Assembly (NCBI GenBank): GCA_023406895.1
Contig: JAEXTV010000016.1
Location: 64,663 to 128,662 of the forward strand
DNA: 64,000 nt
Origin: Bacillota bacterium
Lineage (GTDB): Bacteria; Bacillota; Clostridia; Christensenellales; SZUA-584
Reading direction: 5' to 3'
Shown: positions 9,687 through 18,325 of the stretch, in pieces
Layout: every line of letters starts with the position of its first letter
Numbering within the stretch: position 1 is the first letter of the stretch
Notes under the pieces: generated by a model
Told to the model about the DNA's origin: nothing
Database searches by the model: none
The model's input: the letters and a program-made list of their open reading frames with translations, nothing else
Program-made: the position numbers and the translations under genes

Positions 9687-9702
9687 GTGGCCTAAATTAT
9701 TT

Positions 9703-9729
9703 CCGGTAACGTTATCGGAAACGTTTCCG
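9703..9729. promoter_or_regulatory. Two overlapping LacI/GalR-type operators
   Basis: CCGGTAACGTTATCGG (9703-9718, near-palindrome) and a perfect 14-bp palindrome CGGAAACGTTTCCG (9716-9729). Both are centred on AACGTT, just upstream of the LacI gene. Confidence 0.55.
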
Positions 9730-9966
9730 GTCCCGACAATGGTTATATTATTGCCAAGTCAGCGCAATGTCAATAGATCAACTCTCGTTGCTGCCAGCTG
9801 CGGATTCCTTGGAAGTTAGCGTTTTAATATAAATATGAAAAAAAGTGGTGATTTATTTTCATGAAATTGTTATAATATACATCAATAGTATCAGAGCATC
9901 GAAAACCTCAGCGGACATTCACTCATCACGGAATTTATAAAAGTATAACAGTCGGGAGTTCAACAA

Positions 9967-10872
9967 ATGCGAATTCTTATTGCCGATGACAGCCAAACAT
10001 GCCGCATGATTCTCTCCGGAGCATTAAAGGAATACGGTTACGACGTGCTCGAAACAGTTGATGGCATGCAGGCTTGGGGGGAACTCATTAAACCCAACGC
10101 ACCGTCTATTGCGATACTCGACTGGGTGATGCCCAAGCTCGACGGCTTGGAACTGATTCAAAAAGTCCGTGAGGCAAATTCTGAGCGGCCGCCCTATATC
10201 ATCATGCTCACCGGCAAAAGCGAAACAAAAGATATCATTTTGGGGCTCGATGCGGGTGCCAACGATTATTTGATTAAGCCGTTTGATCCGAACGAGCTGC
10301 GTGCGCGGGTTCAGGTGGGCCGGCGCATGATAGAATTGCAGGATGCGCTGATGAAAACAAACGAGAAGCTCAATTATCAGGCCACCCACGATCCGCTTAC
10401 TGGGCTGCTTAACCGCAGAGCCATATTTGATAAGCTCGGCGATTTGTTTTCGCAGACGGGTATCGGTGACACGGTGTTGTGTGCGGGCATTTTGGATATC
10501 GACCATTTTAAGCGTATCAACGATACTTACGGCCATCAGACCGGTGACGATATATTATGTAAATTGACGAGCATTCTCGAGGAGATCATAGGAGAATCGG
10601 ATTCTATCGGCCGCATCGGCGGAGAGGAGTACCTGATCATCACCACGGCCGCCTCCGAAGAAGAGATGAGTGCGCGGTTTGAAAGATACCGCCGCCAGAT
10701 TGCCGAAACCCGGCTGATGACCCGGTCAGGAGCGCTGTCTATTTCAGTCAGCATCGGTGTGGCCTGCAGCATGTACAAATCCACCGTCGACGAGCTGCTG
10801 GCCGCTGCGGATACCGCGCTGTATGAAGCGAAAAACCTAGGCCGCAACCGCGTCATCACACATAAGCTTTAG
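9967..10872 (+). CDS. Response-regulator receiver fused to a GGDEF diguanylate cyclase
   Basis: Receiver domain (MRILIADD, ILDWVMPKLDG) plus a GGDEF domain with active-site RIGGEEYLI. Confidence 0.9.
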   Translation: MRILIADDSQTCRMILSGALKEYGYDVLETVDGMQAWGELIKPNAPSIAILDWVMPKLDGLELIQKVREANSERPPYIIMLTGKSETKDIILGLDAGANDYLIKPFDPNELRARVQVGRRMIELQDALMKTNEKLNYQATHDPLTGLLNRRAIFDKLGDLFSQTGIGDTVLCAGILDIDHFKRINDTYGHQTGDDILCKLTSILEEIIGESDSIGRIGGEEYLIITTAASEEEMSARFERYRRQIAETRLMTRSGALSISVSIGVACSMYKSTVDELLAAADTALYEAKNLGRNRVITHKL

Positions 10873-10927
10873 GGCTAACCCGCCAATATGTCAATCAAAG
10901 TGTCTTTATCATCCCAAAAAGCCAATC

Positions 10928-10953
10928 AGCGGCGCGCCTGCCGCTTTTATTTG
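10928..10953 (+). terminator. Rho-independent terminator
   Basis: AGCGGC-gcgcct-GCCGCT followed by TTTTATTT. Confidence 0.6.
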
Positions 10954-11316
10954 TTCATCGTTGCTTAACCACCCCCGCCTTATCCGCTGATAGCGCAGAC
11001 TCTGTTCTATAACGTAAAGGCTAGTCGTCAGGTCAATGGTATTCACGTGACAGTCGCTATCGTCGAATACTCTTCATTTTTATTTGACTATAAAAGCGTC
11101 GCTATTAAAACACATATTTCCTCGAGGGAAAGCTGCTATACGTGGCTGATAAGATGTTTGTTTGAGCTTTTTTGATATCGTATTTCGTACCACCTTATCC
11201 AGCTCCCCTCGAAGAGGCGAGTCTCCTCAAATGCATTTAAGCTATCTAAGACGCATTTTTAGGCTTCTCCTTGAGGAAAAGGCTTTCACGCCACTGTTTC
11301 CATGGGGTAATCCTAG

Positions 11317-11351
11317 ACAAAAAAACAGGCCGGAACGAATCCCGGCCTGTC
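11317..11351 (-). terminator. Rho-independent terminator of the surface-protein gene
   Basis: On the minus strand: ACAGGCCGG-gattcgtt-CCGGCCTGT followed by TTTTTTTG, directly after the stop at 11365. Confidence 0.75.
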
Positions 11352-11364
11352 TGCGCGTCAGCTG

Positions 11365-12954
11365 TTAAACCGCGTCGCCTGTTTTCTTATGCCGCTTCGC
11401 CTGTGTGACCAGAATCGTCACAATCGCGCCGGCAAGCACAGCCGCCACAACGACCCACAGCCACGGGAAGGGCTGAGACCCGCTGTCGAACGTGCCCGGA
11501 ATGTCCTCATCGTTGCTGCTGACATTCTGTTTGTACTGGGCTGTCACAGTAATATCGCCGACGATCTTGCTGTAATCTTTATCCCAGCTTGTGAATGTGT
11601 ATCCGCTCCGCGCGGGATTCGCGGGTGCAACGGCAGCGCTGCCATGGTTCACCGACTGAGTGCTCAGCACCTTGCCGTCAAAATCCACAAACTTGACGGT
11701 GTACGTGTTGATCTTATACAGCGCCGTCACGGTCAGGTCGCCCGTGATTTTGCTATAGTCTTTGTCCCAGCCTGTAAACGTATAGCCGTCTCTCGCCGGA
11801 TTCGCAGGAGCTGTGGCTGCGCTGCCGTAGTTCACCGACTGCGCACCCAGCACTTTGCCGTCGAAATCCACAAACTTGACGGTATACGAGTTGATCGCCC
11901 ATTTTGCGTACAGCGTCACATCACTCAGCCCCACCGCATCATTATCGAAATCCCAGTCCTGAAGGAAGGTATCGTTGTCAAGATACCAGCCCTTAAAGCT
12001 GTAACCCGTTTTGGACGGATCCGCCGGTTTCACAACTTTTCCGGCATAAGGAATCGTCTGTGGTGCCACATCATTGCCTCCGTTGGAGACAAATTTGACA
12101 TTCACGATTTTTTCAGCCACCGTCAATGTGCCCGGATTAAACGCAATGTTATAATTGTCCGATGTAAGACCGCTCGGCGTAATCGGGTACGTCCCAACCG
12201 CCGACATCGCTGCATACGTGCAGTCAATGGCAAGCGTGCCACCGAGCACGGATTCACTCTCGCCTTCCACAAAGCCGCTGTATTGTACCGTGTACGTCGG
12301 TGCGGCATCTCCAAAGACAACCGATTTGTCATCGGCAGTGACCGTCAGCGCTTTTTTACCCACAGTCAGCGTTCCGTTTTTCACACACACCATATAGTTG
12401 AAGCATTTGGGGAAAACCGAACACTTATCGATCTCAATCGGATAGCTTCCCGGGCCTTTGCCTTTCTCATAGGTGCAGCTGAGTTTCGGCGTGCCGCCAA
12501 TCACACTTTCGTCATCCGAGCCCACAAATCCGCTGATCGAATAGGTCAGCGACGGCGCGTCCTCTCCGTATGTGGCTGTTTTGTCATCGGCAGTCACCGT
12601 AATTTTGGCAGGTGTTATACAGATCTGAACCATTTTTTCGGCGAGAAGCTTGTTGCCTTTCCAAACCTGCACAAAGACGTTATGGAAACAGACGTCTTTA
12701 AACTGCGGAGCCGGAGTTGGACATCCGTCCGTCAAATATAAAACCGTGTCTCCGGGCTTAGTTCCCGATACTTGAACACCATGCCAATCGCCGTCATAGA
12801 CGCCGCTGTAACCCGATATCTCAATCTTTTGGGGGGGCATGCCCGGTCCGCCCATCGTTTCAGCCATATCGTCGCTGGCCAAAGCCGGAGACGTAAACAG
12901 GCAACTGAGCATCAGCATCACAGCAATGGCAACAACAAATCTTTTCTTTTTCAT
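11365..12954 (-). CDS. Cell-surface repeat protein (signal peptide, MBG-like repeats, Listeria-Bacteroides/Flg_new repeats, C-terminal TM anchor)
   Basis: Signal peptide MKKKRFVVAIAVMLMLSCLFTSPALA. Two segments of the type TATYGEDAPSLTYSISGFVG..GTLTV. Three G(Y)(S/T)F(K/T)GW repeats. C-terminal TM WLWVVVAAVLAGAIVTILV followed by KRHKK. Confidence 0.75.
   Translation of the reverse strand: MKKKRFVVAIAVMLMLSCLFTSPALASDDMAETMGGPGMPPQKIEISGYSGVYDGDWHGVQVSGTKPGDTVLYLTDGCPTPAPQFKDVCFHNVFVQVWKGNKLLAEKMVQICITPAKITVTADDKTATYGEDAPSLTYSISGFVGSDDESVIGGTPKLSCTYEKGKGPGSYPIEIDKCSVFPKCFNYMVCVKNGTLTVGKKALTVTADDKSVVFGDAAPTYTVQYSGFVEGESESVLGGTLAIDCTYAAMSAVGTYPITPSGLTSDNYNIAFNPGTLTVAEKIVNVKFVSNGGNDVAPQTIPYAGKVVKPADPSKTGYSFKGWYLDNDTFLQDWDFDNDAVGLSDVTLYAKWAINSYTVKFVDFDGKVLGAQSVNYGSAATAPANPARDGYTFTGWDKDYSKITGDLTVTALYKINTYTVKFVDFDGKVLSTQSVNHGSAAVAPANPARSGYTFTSWDKDYSKIVGDITVTAQYKQNVSSNDEDIPGTFDSGSQPFPWLWVVVAAVLAGAIVTILVTQAKRHKKTGDAV
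11530..11895 (-). repeat. Two tandem 183-bp (61 aa) near-identical coding repeats
   Basis: INSYTVKFVDFDGKVLGAQSVNYGSAATAPANPARDGYTFTGWDKDYSKITGDLTVTALYK is followed directly by INTYTVKFVDFDGKVLSTQSVNHGSAAVAPANPARSGYTFTSWDKDYSKIVGDITVTAQYK. Confidence 0.85.
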
Positions 12955-13376
12955 CCTTATATTCCTTTCCTAGATGGCGGCAAATATTAAGCCGCGCATG
13001 AATTGAGGCAGCCGAACGGTCATAGCGCGTGCGCTTTAGACTTCATAGCTTTGCGTCCCCGGCTTTCGCCGGGTTTGCCTTTCTCAGAAGTTGACAGAAC
13101 CATTACCAGCCATCCTTTACCGCTTGTCTTATGGCGGCCTACTCATCACAACACACTCCTTCGCAGAATTTCCCCAACATCAAAGTCTTTTGCAGACTTT
13201 TGCATCCTTTTTGCCCATACAAAATAATTCTAACATCGGGGTTGTTGTCGTCAATTTCTATTATTGTTAATATATGTCGATTTCTGTAGACTTTTTTATC
13301 GGAAAATATCATTTTGCATTGCCCACATGTTCTTGCGCCTTTTGCCATATATATAGAGCAAGAAAGCGAGGAAGCC

Positions 13377-14171
13377 ATGGAAAGCATCAAGCGCAGCGTC
13401 ATGGTGCTGAAAAGCGACAGCACCATCCCACAATTTGATCATGATATGAAGGCTGTTCTGAAGCTGCAATCATCAGGAAGCAGCCTGATTATCGATCTGT
13501 CCGCGCCATCCCTTCCTGCGCAGCCCTGTGCGCTTTATCTGTTTAATCATGAAGGAAGCGACCATTTCGCGGGTCATATAATGGAAGGAGGTCTCCGCAC
13601 CGAGCTCGTTGCATTGCCGTTGGATTCCATTGCGGGTGCTGCCGTGATCAATCCGGATACCTTCACGTTTATACTCAAATCTCAAGGCCCAAACTGGACG
13701 GATATCGCCGCACGATTCAAATTCAAACATGCTGCGCCGAAGCCCGATTTAAAAAAGCCGGAAACAGCGCCGATAGCGCCGCCTCAGCCGGAAGAACCCG
13801 TTGCGGTTCCTAAGGAGCCGCCTACACAAAGCCAGCCGCGCATCTGTGACACCTGCCCGCATGTGATTCGGCAGGATAAAATCAATCCGTTCCCGTCGGC
13901 TTTTCCGAACAGCGAATGGGTTAAAATTTCCTATCCCGGGCCCACAGGCTGGTGGCATTACATTTCCGGCAAAATCCGCAGCGGTGAAACCGTTGTCATT
14001 AAAGTGCTCGGCGTTCCGGGTGAGTACGGCATGGCCCCGCCCATTTGGCTGGAGGGATTCGGCACTTACATGCGCAGCGCCATTCCGGACGCGTCCGGTT
14101 ACTGGCTCATGTTTCAGGACGCAGAGACAGGAGAGGTTCTGGACATGGGTCTATCTCCACATGGTGTGTAA
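13377..14171 (+). CDS. Hypothetical two-domain protein with a Pro-rich linker
   Basis: ORF 13314..14171. I moved the start to MESIKRSV, which follows GAGGAAG. The N-terminal domain, a PKPDLKKPETAPIAPPQPEEPVAVPKEPP linker, and a C-terminal domain with CDTCPH and WWHYISG..GVPGEY..WLEGFG. I recognise no family with certainty. Confidence 0.55.
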   Translation: MESIKRSVMVLKSDSTIPQFDHDMKAVLKLQSSGSSLIIDLSAPSLPAQPCALYLFNHEGSDHFAGHIMEGGLRTELVALPLDSIAGAAVINPDTFTFILKSQGPNWTDIAARFKFKHAAPKPDLKKPETAPIAPPQPEEPVAVPKEPPTQSQPRICDTCPHVIRQDKINPFPSAFPNSEWVKISYPGPTGWWHYISGKIRSGETVVIKVLGVPGEYGMAPPIWLEGFGTYMRSAIPDASGYWLMFQDAETGEVLDMGLSPHGV

Positions 14172-14373
14172 GCACCTCGGAATATGAAAAGCAGTACCGC
14201 CGTTTATACCCATGCTCTTTAACAAGGACGGTAAAAACTTCAGGGTAAAGCCCTTCAATAATGCCGCCAAGTTCAACGCCGCCCCGCCGTCCGTAGCGAG
14301 TTTTCAGCGTCACACGGACACCCTTGCTAGAGCGCATCTGCTTTTTGATTGAATCCAGCGTGTCGTTCATCAT
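14107..14373 (-). CDS. veg: Veg-like protein (biofilm formation stimulator family)
   Basis: 88 aa. LDSIKKQMRSSKGVRVTLKTRYGRRGGVELGGIIEGLYPEVFTVLV..FSYSEVLT aligns by eye with B. subtilis Veg. Confidence 0.85.
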   Translation of the reverse strand: MMNDTLDSIKKQMRSSKGVRVTLKTRYGRRGGVELGGIIEGLYPEVFTVLVKEHGYKRRYCFSYSEVLTHHVEIDPCPEPLLSLRPET

Positions 14374-14833
14374 ATTCGTACCGCCTTTTTATAGGATGTT
14401 GCTATGATTCCCATTTTTTCATACCTTATCCTTCATTTGGACATCGCATCAACGCAATTTTGAATATATTTTATCTTTTGATGCATAATCTTTCGCAGCG
14501 CGGGGCAATGCTTGCACGCTAATTCGTATTGAATCCTATATAGGGTGTATAACAGAAGCATTCACAATGCATAAATCCATCCCACTTATCCACATGGTTG
14601 TCCACATTATATGAAAAAACGAGCATTTGGGACCATTATCGAGATCACAAATCTCCTGCTTTTTTTCAAAAATGAATAAAAAAAATAATGTCGATATATG
14701 TCGACACTTTATTGGCTTATATTTATTCATTAAAATATATTGAACCAAAATTTTGATAAAACCGTGACGCCAAATCCGATGACATTATGGTATAATGAAA
14801 TATCTCAATCTTGTTCAATTAAATTGGTGAAAG

Positions 14834-15949
14834 ATGAAAAAAAAGTACGACATTGTGGCGGCAGGGCATATTTGTCTTGATTTGTGTCCCACTTTCGAAA
14901 CACATCAATCACAGGATGTCGGCGCCTTTTTCCGTCCGGGCAGGCTCATCAATATGGATGGGATCACGATCTCCACCGGAGGCTCCGTGGCCAACACCGG
15001 CTTTGCCCTATCAAGAATGGGGCTTCGTGTGCTGCCCGCCGCCAAAATCGGCGACGACCCCTTTGGCACGCTGATTGCCGATATGGCGCAAAAAGAAACA
15101 GGCAGCCGCATTGCGATGCGGTCGGGCGCACGCTCATCCTATTCCATCGTGCTGACGCCGCCCGGAGTCGACAGGATTATACTGCACGATCCCGCAGGTA
15201 ACAACGAATTCAGCGCGGACGATATCGATTTTGCGCAGGTGCAGGATGCCGGTTTTTTTCATTACGGTTATCCGCCGGTCATGAGGAAAATCTATCGGGA
15301 CGGCGGCCGCGAGCTCGTTCGCCTGTTCACCGCTGCCAAGGAGACAGGCGCAGTGACATCGCTTGATATGTCACTGCCGGATCCGGAAAGCGAATCGGGC
15401 TGCGTGGACTGGTCGTCAGTGCTTGCCAAAACATTGCCGTTTGTCGATCTGTTTATGCCGAGTGCGGAAGAAGCGTTTTATATGTTGAACCGTGTTGAAT
15501 ATGAAAGAATTGCCCGGGGCGCCCCGCTAAGCTTTGCGGCTGTTCGGGCACTCGGCACGACAATCCTCGATATGGGCGCGAAGCTTGCGCTGATCAAGTG
15601 CGGTATGCACGGTATCTATATCAAAACCTCGCTCGGGATGGACGGCAGTTTTCGGGGCAGGGAAATCTTCCAGCCGTCGTACGTCGCAAAGAATTTCAAA
15701 TCGGCGCTTGGCAGCGGCGACACGGCCATTGCGGGCTTTCTTGCCGCCATGATAAAAGGCATGAGCCTCAATGACTGTGCGCGCATGGCCTGCGCGTCGG
15801 GCGCGCTCTGCTGCACCACATACGATGCCATCGGGGCCATGTGTCCCATCGGGCAGATACAAAAAATGCTGGACGGTCCGCTGAATCGGACGACGCTGCC
15901 CGAAGCGCCTTTACATTACGATAAAAAGGAACGGTTATATACAATATGA
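14834..15949 (+). CDS. PfkB-family carbohydrate kinase
   Basis: N-terminal GG motif (TGGSVANTG) and C-terminal GSGDTAIAGFLAAM. Preceded by an extended -10 (TGGTATAAT). Confidence 0.85.
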   Translation: MKKKYDIVAAGHICLDLCPTFETHQSQDVGAFFRPGRLINMDGITISTGGSVANTGFALSRMGLRVLPAAKIGDDPFGTLIADMAQKETGSRIAMRSGARSSYSIVLTPPGVDRIILHDPAGNNEFSADDIDFAQVQDAGFFHYGYPPVMRKIYRDGGRELVRLFTAAKETGAVTSLDMSLPDPESESGCVDWSSVLAKTLPFVDLFMPSAEEAFYMLNRVEYERIARGAPLSFAAVRALGTTILDMGAKLALIKCGMHGIYIKTSLGMDGSFRGREIFQPSYVAKNFKSALGSGDTAIAGFLAAMIKGMSLNDCARMACASGALCCTTYDAIGAMCPIGQIQKMLDGPLNRTTLPEAPLHYDKKERLYTI

Positions 15950-16104
15950 AGGAAAAGCTTCGTGAGGTTCTTGAGAAAATACGCAACCCGCAGCGCGATG
16001 AGCACGAACAGGAATTTGTTCAGCGTATGAATCTGACACGCCTGTTCTTCTTTATCCCGTTTCTGATTGCGGCGCTTATCGTTCTTCTGTTGTCTTTAAA
16101 ATAA
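15946..16104 (+). CDS. Small (52 aa) tail-anchored membrane protein, translationally coupled to the kinase gene
   Basis: Its ATG overlaps the kinase stop (ATATGA). Translation is MKEKLREVLEKIRNPQRDEHEQEFVQRMNLTRLFFFIPFLIAALIVLLLSLK. It is below the ORF-track cutoff. Confidence 0.35.
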   Translation: MKEKLREVLEKIRNPQRDEHEQEFVQRMNLTRLFFFIPFLIAALIVLLLSLK

Positions 16105-16177
16105 ATGGCAGTTGCCCTTTGTTTATATGGTTAATTATGTTATTATGGTTCATATTGCATGAAATGGCGGTGCGGTC

Positions 16178-16549
16178 ATGGATGTCAGCGAATCCCTGGA
16201 AATGTATCTGGAAGCGATCTTAGAGCTGGAAACCCAAAACAGCGTGGTACGCTCGGTGGACATCGCGCGCTTTTTGGGCGTCACAAAACCCAGCGTGAAC
16301 AGAGCCATGAGCAATTTGAAAAAAGAAGGGTACATCCATCAGGAGCCCTACGGCGATGTGACTTTTACGGAAAAAGGGCGAGGCAAAGCCTTGCGCATCC
16401 ACGAGCTTCATCATGTGATCACGGATTTTCTGGTTAAGTCCCTCGGTATCGATATGGCGGTGGCTGAATCTGACGCCTGCCGCATGGAGCATGTGATCTC
16501 GCCTGAGACGGTCAAAGCCATGAAAGCATACCTGAGAAACAAACCGTAA
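16178..16549 (+). CDS. DtxR/MntR-family metal-dependent repressor (short form)
   Basis: SESLEMYLEAILEL..VRSVDIARFLGVTKPSVNRAMSNLKKEGYI winged helix plus a metal-binding helix region (HELHHVITDFL, MEHVISPE). Confidence 0.85.
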   Translation: MDVSESLEMYLEAILELETQNSVVRSVDIARFLGVTKPSVNRAMSNLKKEGYIHQEPYGDVTFTEKGRGKALRIHELHHVITDFLVKSLGIDMAVAESDACRMEHVISPETVKAMKAYLRNKP

Positions 16550-16551
16550 CG

Positions 16552-16707
16552 TTATTCGTACATTTCTAGGCTGTTCTGGCAATCGCTGCAGTACCCGCTG
16601 TTTAAGTCGTAGCAGTCCTGGCACATGTAGGTGTTACAGCCCTTGCAGTGCTGCATTGAGCGCGACTCCATCGTTTTCTTACAGCCCGAGCAGTTCATTT
16701 TCGACAT
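16552..16707 (-). CDS. 51 aa cysteine-rich protein with four CxxC pairs (predicted double zinc ribbon)
   Basis: I moved the start to the ATG after GAAGGAA. Translation is MSKMNCSGCKKTMESRSMQHCKGCNTYMCQDCYDLNSGYCSDCQNSLEMYE. It is convergent with the DtxR gene, 2 bp away. Confidence 0.5.
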   Translation of the reverse strand: MSKMNCSGCKKTMESRSMQHCKGCNTYMCQDCYDLNSGYCSDCQNSLEMYE

Positions 16708-16815
16708 CACATTTCCTTCTTTCCTAGTGCTGCTCATAGTATCTGCAAAACCCGTTCTTTCATACTTTGAACCACCGCAAGAAAAAAACACCTCTTGTCT
16801 GCCGTAATTTTTATG

Positions 16816-16844
16816 TTGTCAGCGCCCCGCAACGATGTTATAAT
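16816..16844 (+). promoter_or_regulatory. Sigma-70-type promoter of the rpsF-ssb-rpsR operon
   Basis: TTGTCA (16816-16821), a 17-nt spacer, then TATAAT (16839-16844). Confidence 0.65.
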
Positions 16845-16946
16845 CAAGCGATATAGCGTCTTTCTTGCTCTGCACGTTTGATGCAGGGCCAACATCCGGC
16901 GTGAAACGTTCGGTTTTGGCCGGAGAGTCCATAAGGGAGGTAGAAA

Positions 16947-17228
16947 ATGAATAAGTACGAAAGCATGTATATTTTGAAGCCCGACTTAGCCGAGGAAGCG
17001 CGCAAAGCGCTGATTGAAAAGTTCTCGGGTATCGTCACTGAAAACGGCGGCAAAATAGAAAACGTCGACGAATGGGGCCAGAGAAAACTGGCTTATGAAA
17101 TCGACTACATCAAAGAAGGTTACTATGTGCTCATGACTTTTGAAGCACCGTCTGAGTTACCTTTAGAGCTTGAACGTAATTACAACATCAGCGACAGTGT
17201 ACTAAGATTTAATGTAATAAGACTGTAA
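16947..17228 (+). CDS. rpsF: 30S ribosomal protein S6
   Basis: [25 protein letters not shown], in the canonical S6-SSB-S18 gene order. Confidence 0.97.
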   Translation: MNKYESMYILKPDLAEEARKALIEKFSGIVTENGGKIENVDEWGQRKLAYEIDYIKEGYYVLMTFEAPSELPLELERNYNISDSVLRFNVIRL

Positions 17229-17243
17229 AGGCAGGTTTGTATT

Positions 17244-17672
17244 ATGAACAGAGCTATTTTAATCGGGAATCTTACCAAAGACCCCGAGCTGAGAACAACA
17301 CCGCAGGGCATCTCGGTATGCAGTTTCACGATTGCGGTCAACAGAGGGTTTGGAGACAAAAAAGACGTTGACTATATCCCGATTGTCACATGGCGGGCAC
17401 TGGCGGACAATTGTGCCAAGTTTTTAGCGAAGGGCCGCAAGGTGGGTGTATCCGGGCGTATATCGGTGAGAAGCTACGACGCGAACAACGGTGAGAGACG
17501 CTATGTCACCGAGATCGTGGCGGATGATGTGGAGTTCTTAACACCCAAGGGCGAAGGGGGCGGCAGCTACAGCCGCAGCCAAGATGTTCCCCCGCCGCCG
17601 GATGACGCAGGTCTTTTCGGTGATGAACCCGACGATTTTGAGCCTCTGGATGATGAACAGATGCCTTTTTGA
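17244..17672 (+). CDS. ssb: Single-stranded DNA-binding protein
   Basis: OB fold (MNRAILIGNLTKDPELRTT), a Gly/Pro-rich tail and an acidic tip (DDEQMPF). Confidence 0.95.
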   Translation: MNRAILIGNLTKDPELRTTPQGISVCSFTIAVNRGFGDKKDVDYIPIVTWRALADNCAKFLAKGRKVGVSGRISVRSYDANNGERRYVTEIVADDVEFLTPKGEGGGSYSRSQDVPPPPDDAGLFGDEPDDFEPLDDEQMPF

Positions 17673-17689
17673 CAAAATAAGGAGGAGCC

Positions 17690-17941
17690 ATGATGAACGA
17701 CGATAAGTCGCAGAAGAAAATGCGGCGCGGAAAACCCCGGCGTAAAATTTGTGCGTTTTGTGCGGATAAATCGAAAAGCATTGATTATAAAGACGTCATG
17801 AAATTAAAACGCTTCCTGACCGAACGCGGCAAAATTCAGCCGAGACGGACATCCGGCGTTTGCGCCAAGCATCAGAGAGATCTCGCGATGGCGGTGAAAC
17901 GGGCGCGTATGATGGCGCTGCTGCCGTATTCGCAGGACTAA
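17690..17941 (+). CDS. rpsR: 30S ribosomal protein S18
   Basis: [50 protein letters not shown]. Confidence 0.97.
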   Translation: MMNDDKSQKKMRRGKPRRKICAFCADKSKSIDYKDVMKLKRFLTERGKIQPRRTSGVCAKHQRDLAMAVKRARMMALLPYSQD

Positions 17942-17953
17942 GACAAGCCTAAC

Positions 17954-17982
17954 AAAAGAGCGGTTCATCCCGCTCTTTTTTG
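17954..17982 (+). terminator. Rho-independent terminator
   Basis: AAAAGAGCGG-ttcatc-CCGCTCTTTT followed by TTG. Confidence 0.8.
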
Positions 17983-17994
17983 TTGCTTATTAAT

Positions 17995-18040
17995 CTCTTC
18001 TCAAAGAGGAGAAGGTGGTGCGAAGCACCGGATGAGGTGT
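17995..18040 (+). repeat. Intergenic repeat, B-type arm
   Basis: CTCTTCTCAAAGAGGAGAAGGTGGTGCGAAGCACCGGATGAGGTGT. Its reverse complement recurs at 24957-25002 with one mismatch in the 32-nt core. Confidence 0.7.
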
Positions 18041-18325
18041 CAGTAAACATGCTGTCAAAACGAACACCCTATCAGCCGCCGATCGGGCCATTTTCTCAGG
18101 CAGGTATGCTGTCTGACAGTGCCGTTAAACGCAGCGACTTGTATGCCGTTTTCCGCGCCGCCTATCGCAGACAGTCCTCTGCGATCTCCCCACGGCCAGC
18201 GAACGATAAGAGGTTTTTCCACCAGTCAACGCTCCACAGCAGATACCATGATTGCATGCCTGTTTTGCGCCTCGTTTTAGCAGATAGCGAGCAAAGTCAG
18301 CAGATGAATGCTTAAACTTGCATTC

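Noticed and set aside
17980-18315. A 111-aa plus-strand ORF after rpsR.
   Set aside because: It starts inside the terminator/repeat element, lacks an RBS, and its translation is compositionally odd with no motifs. The region is more likely non-coding.
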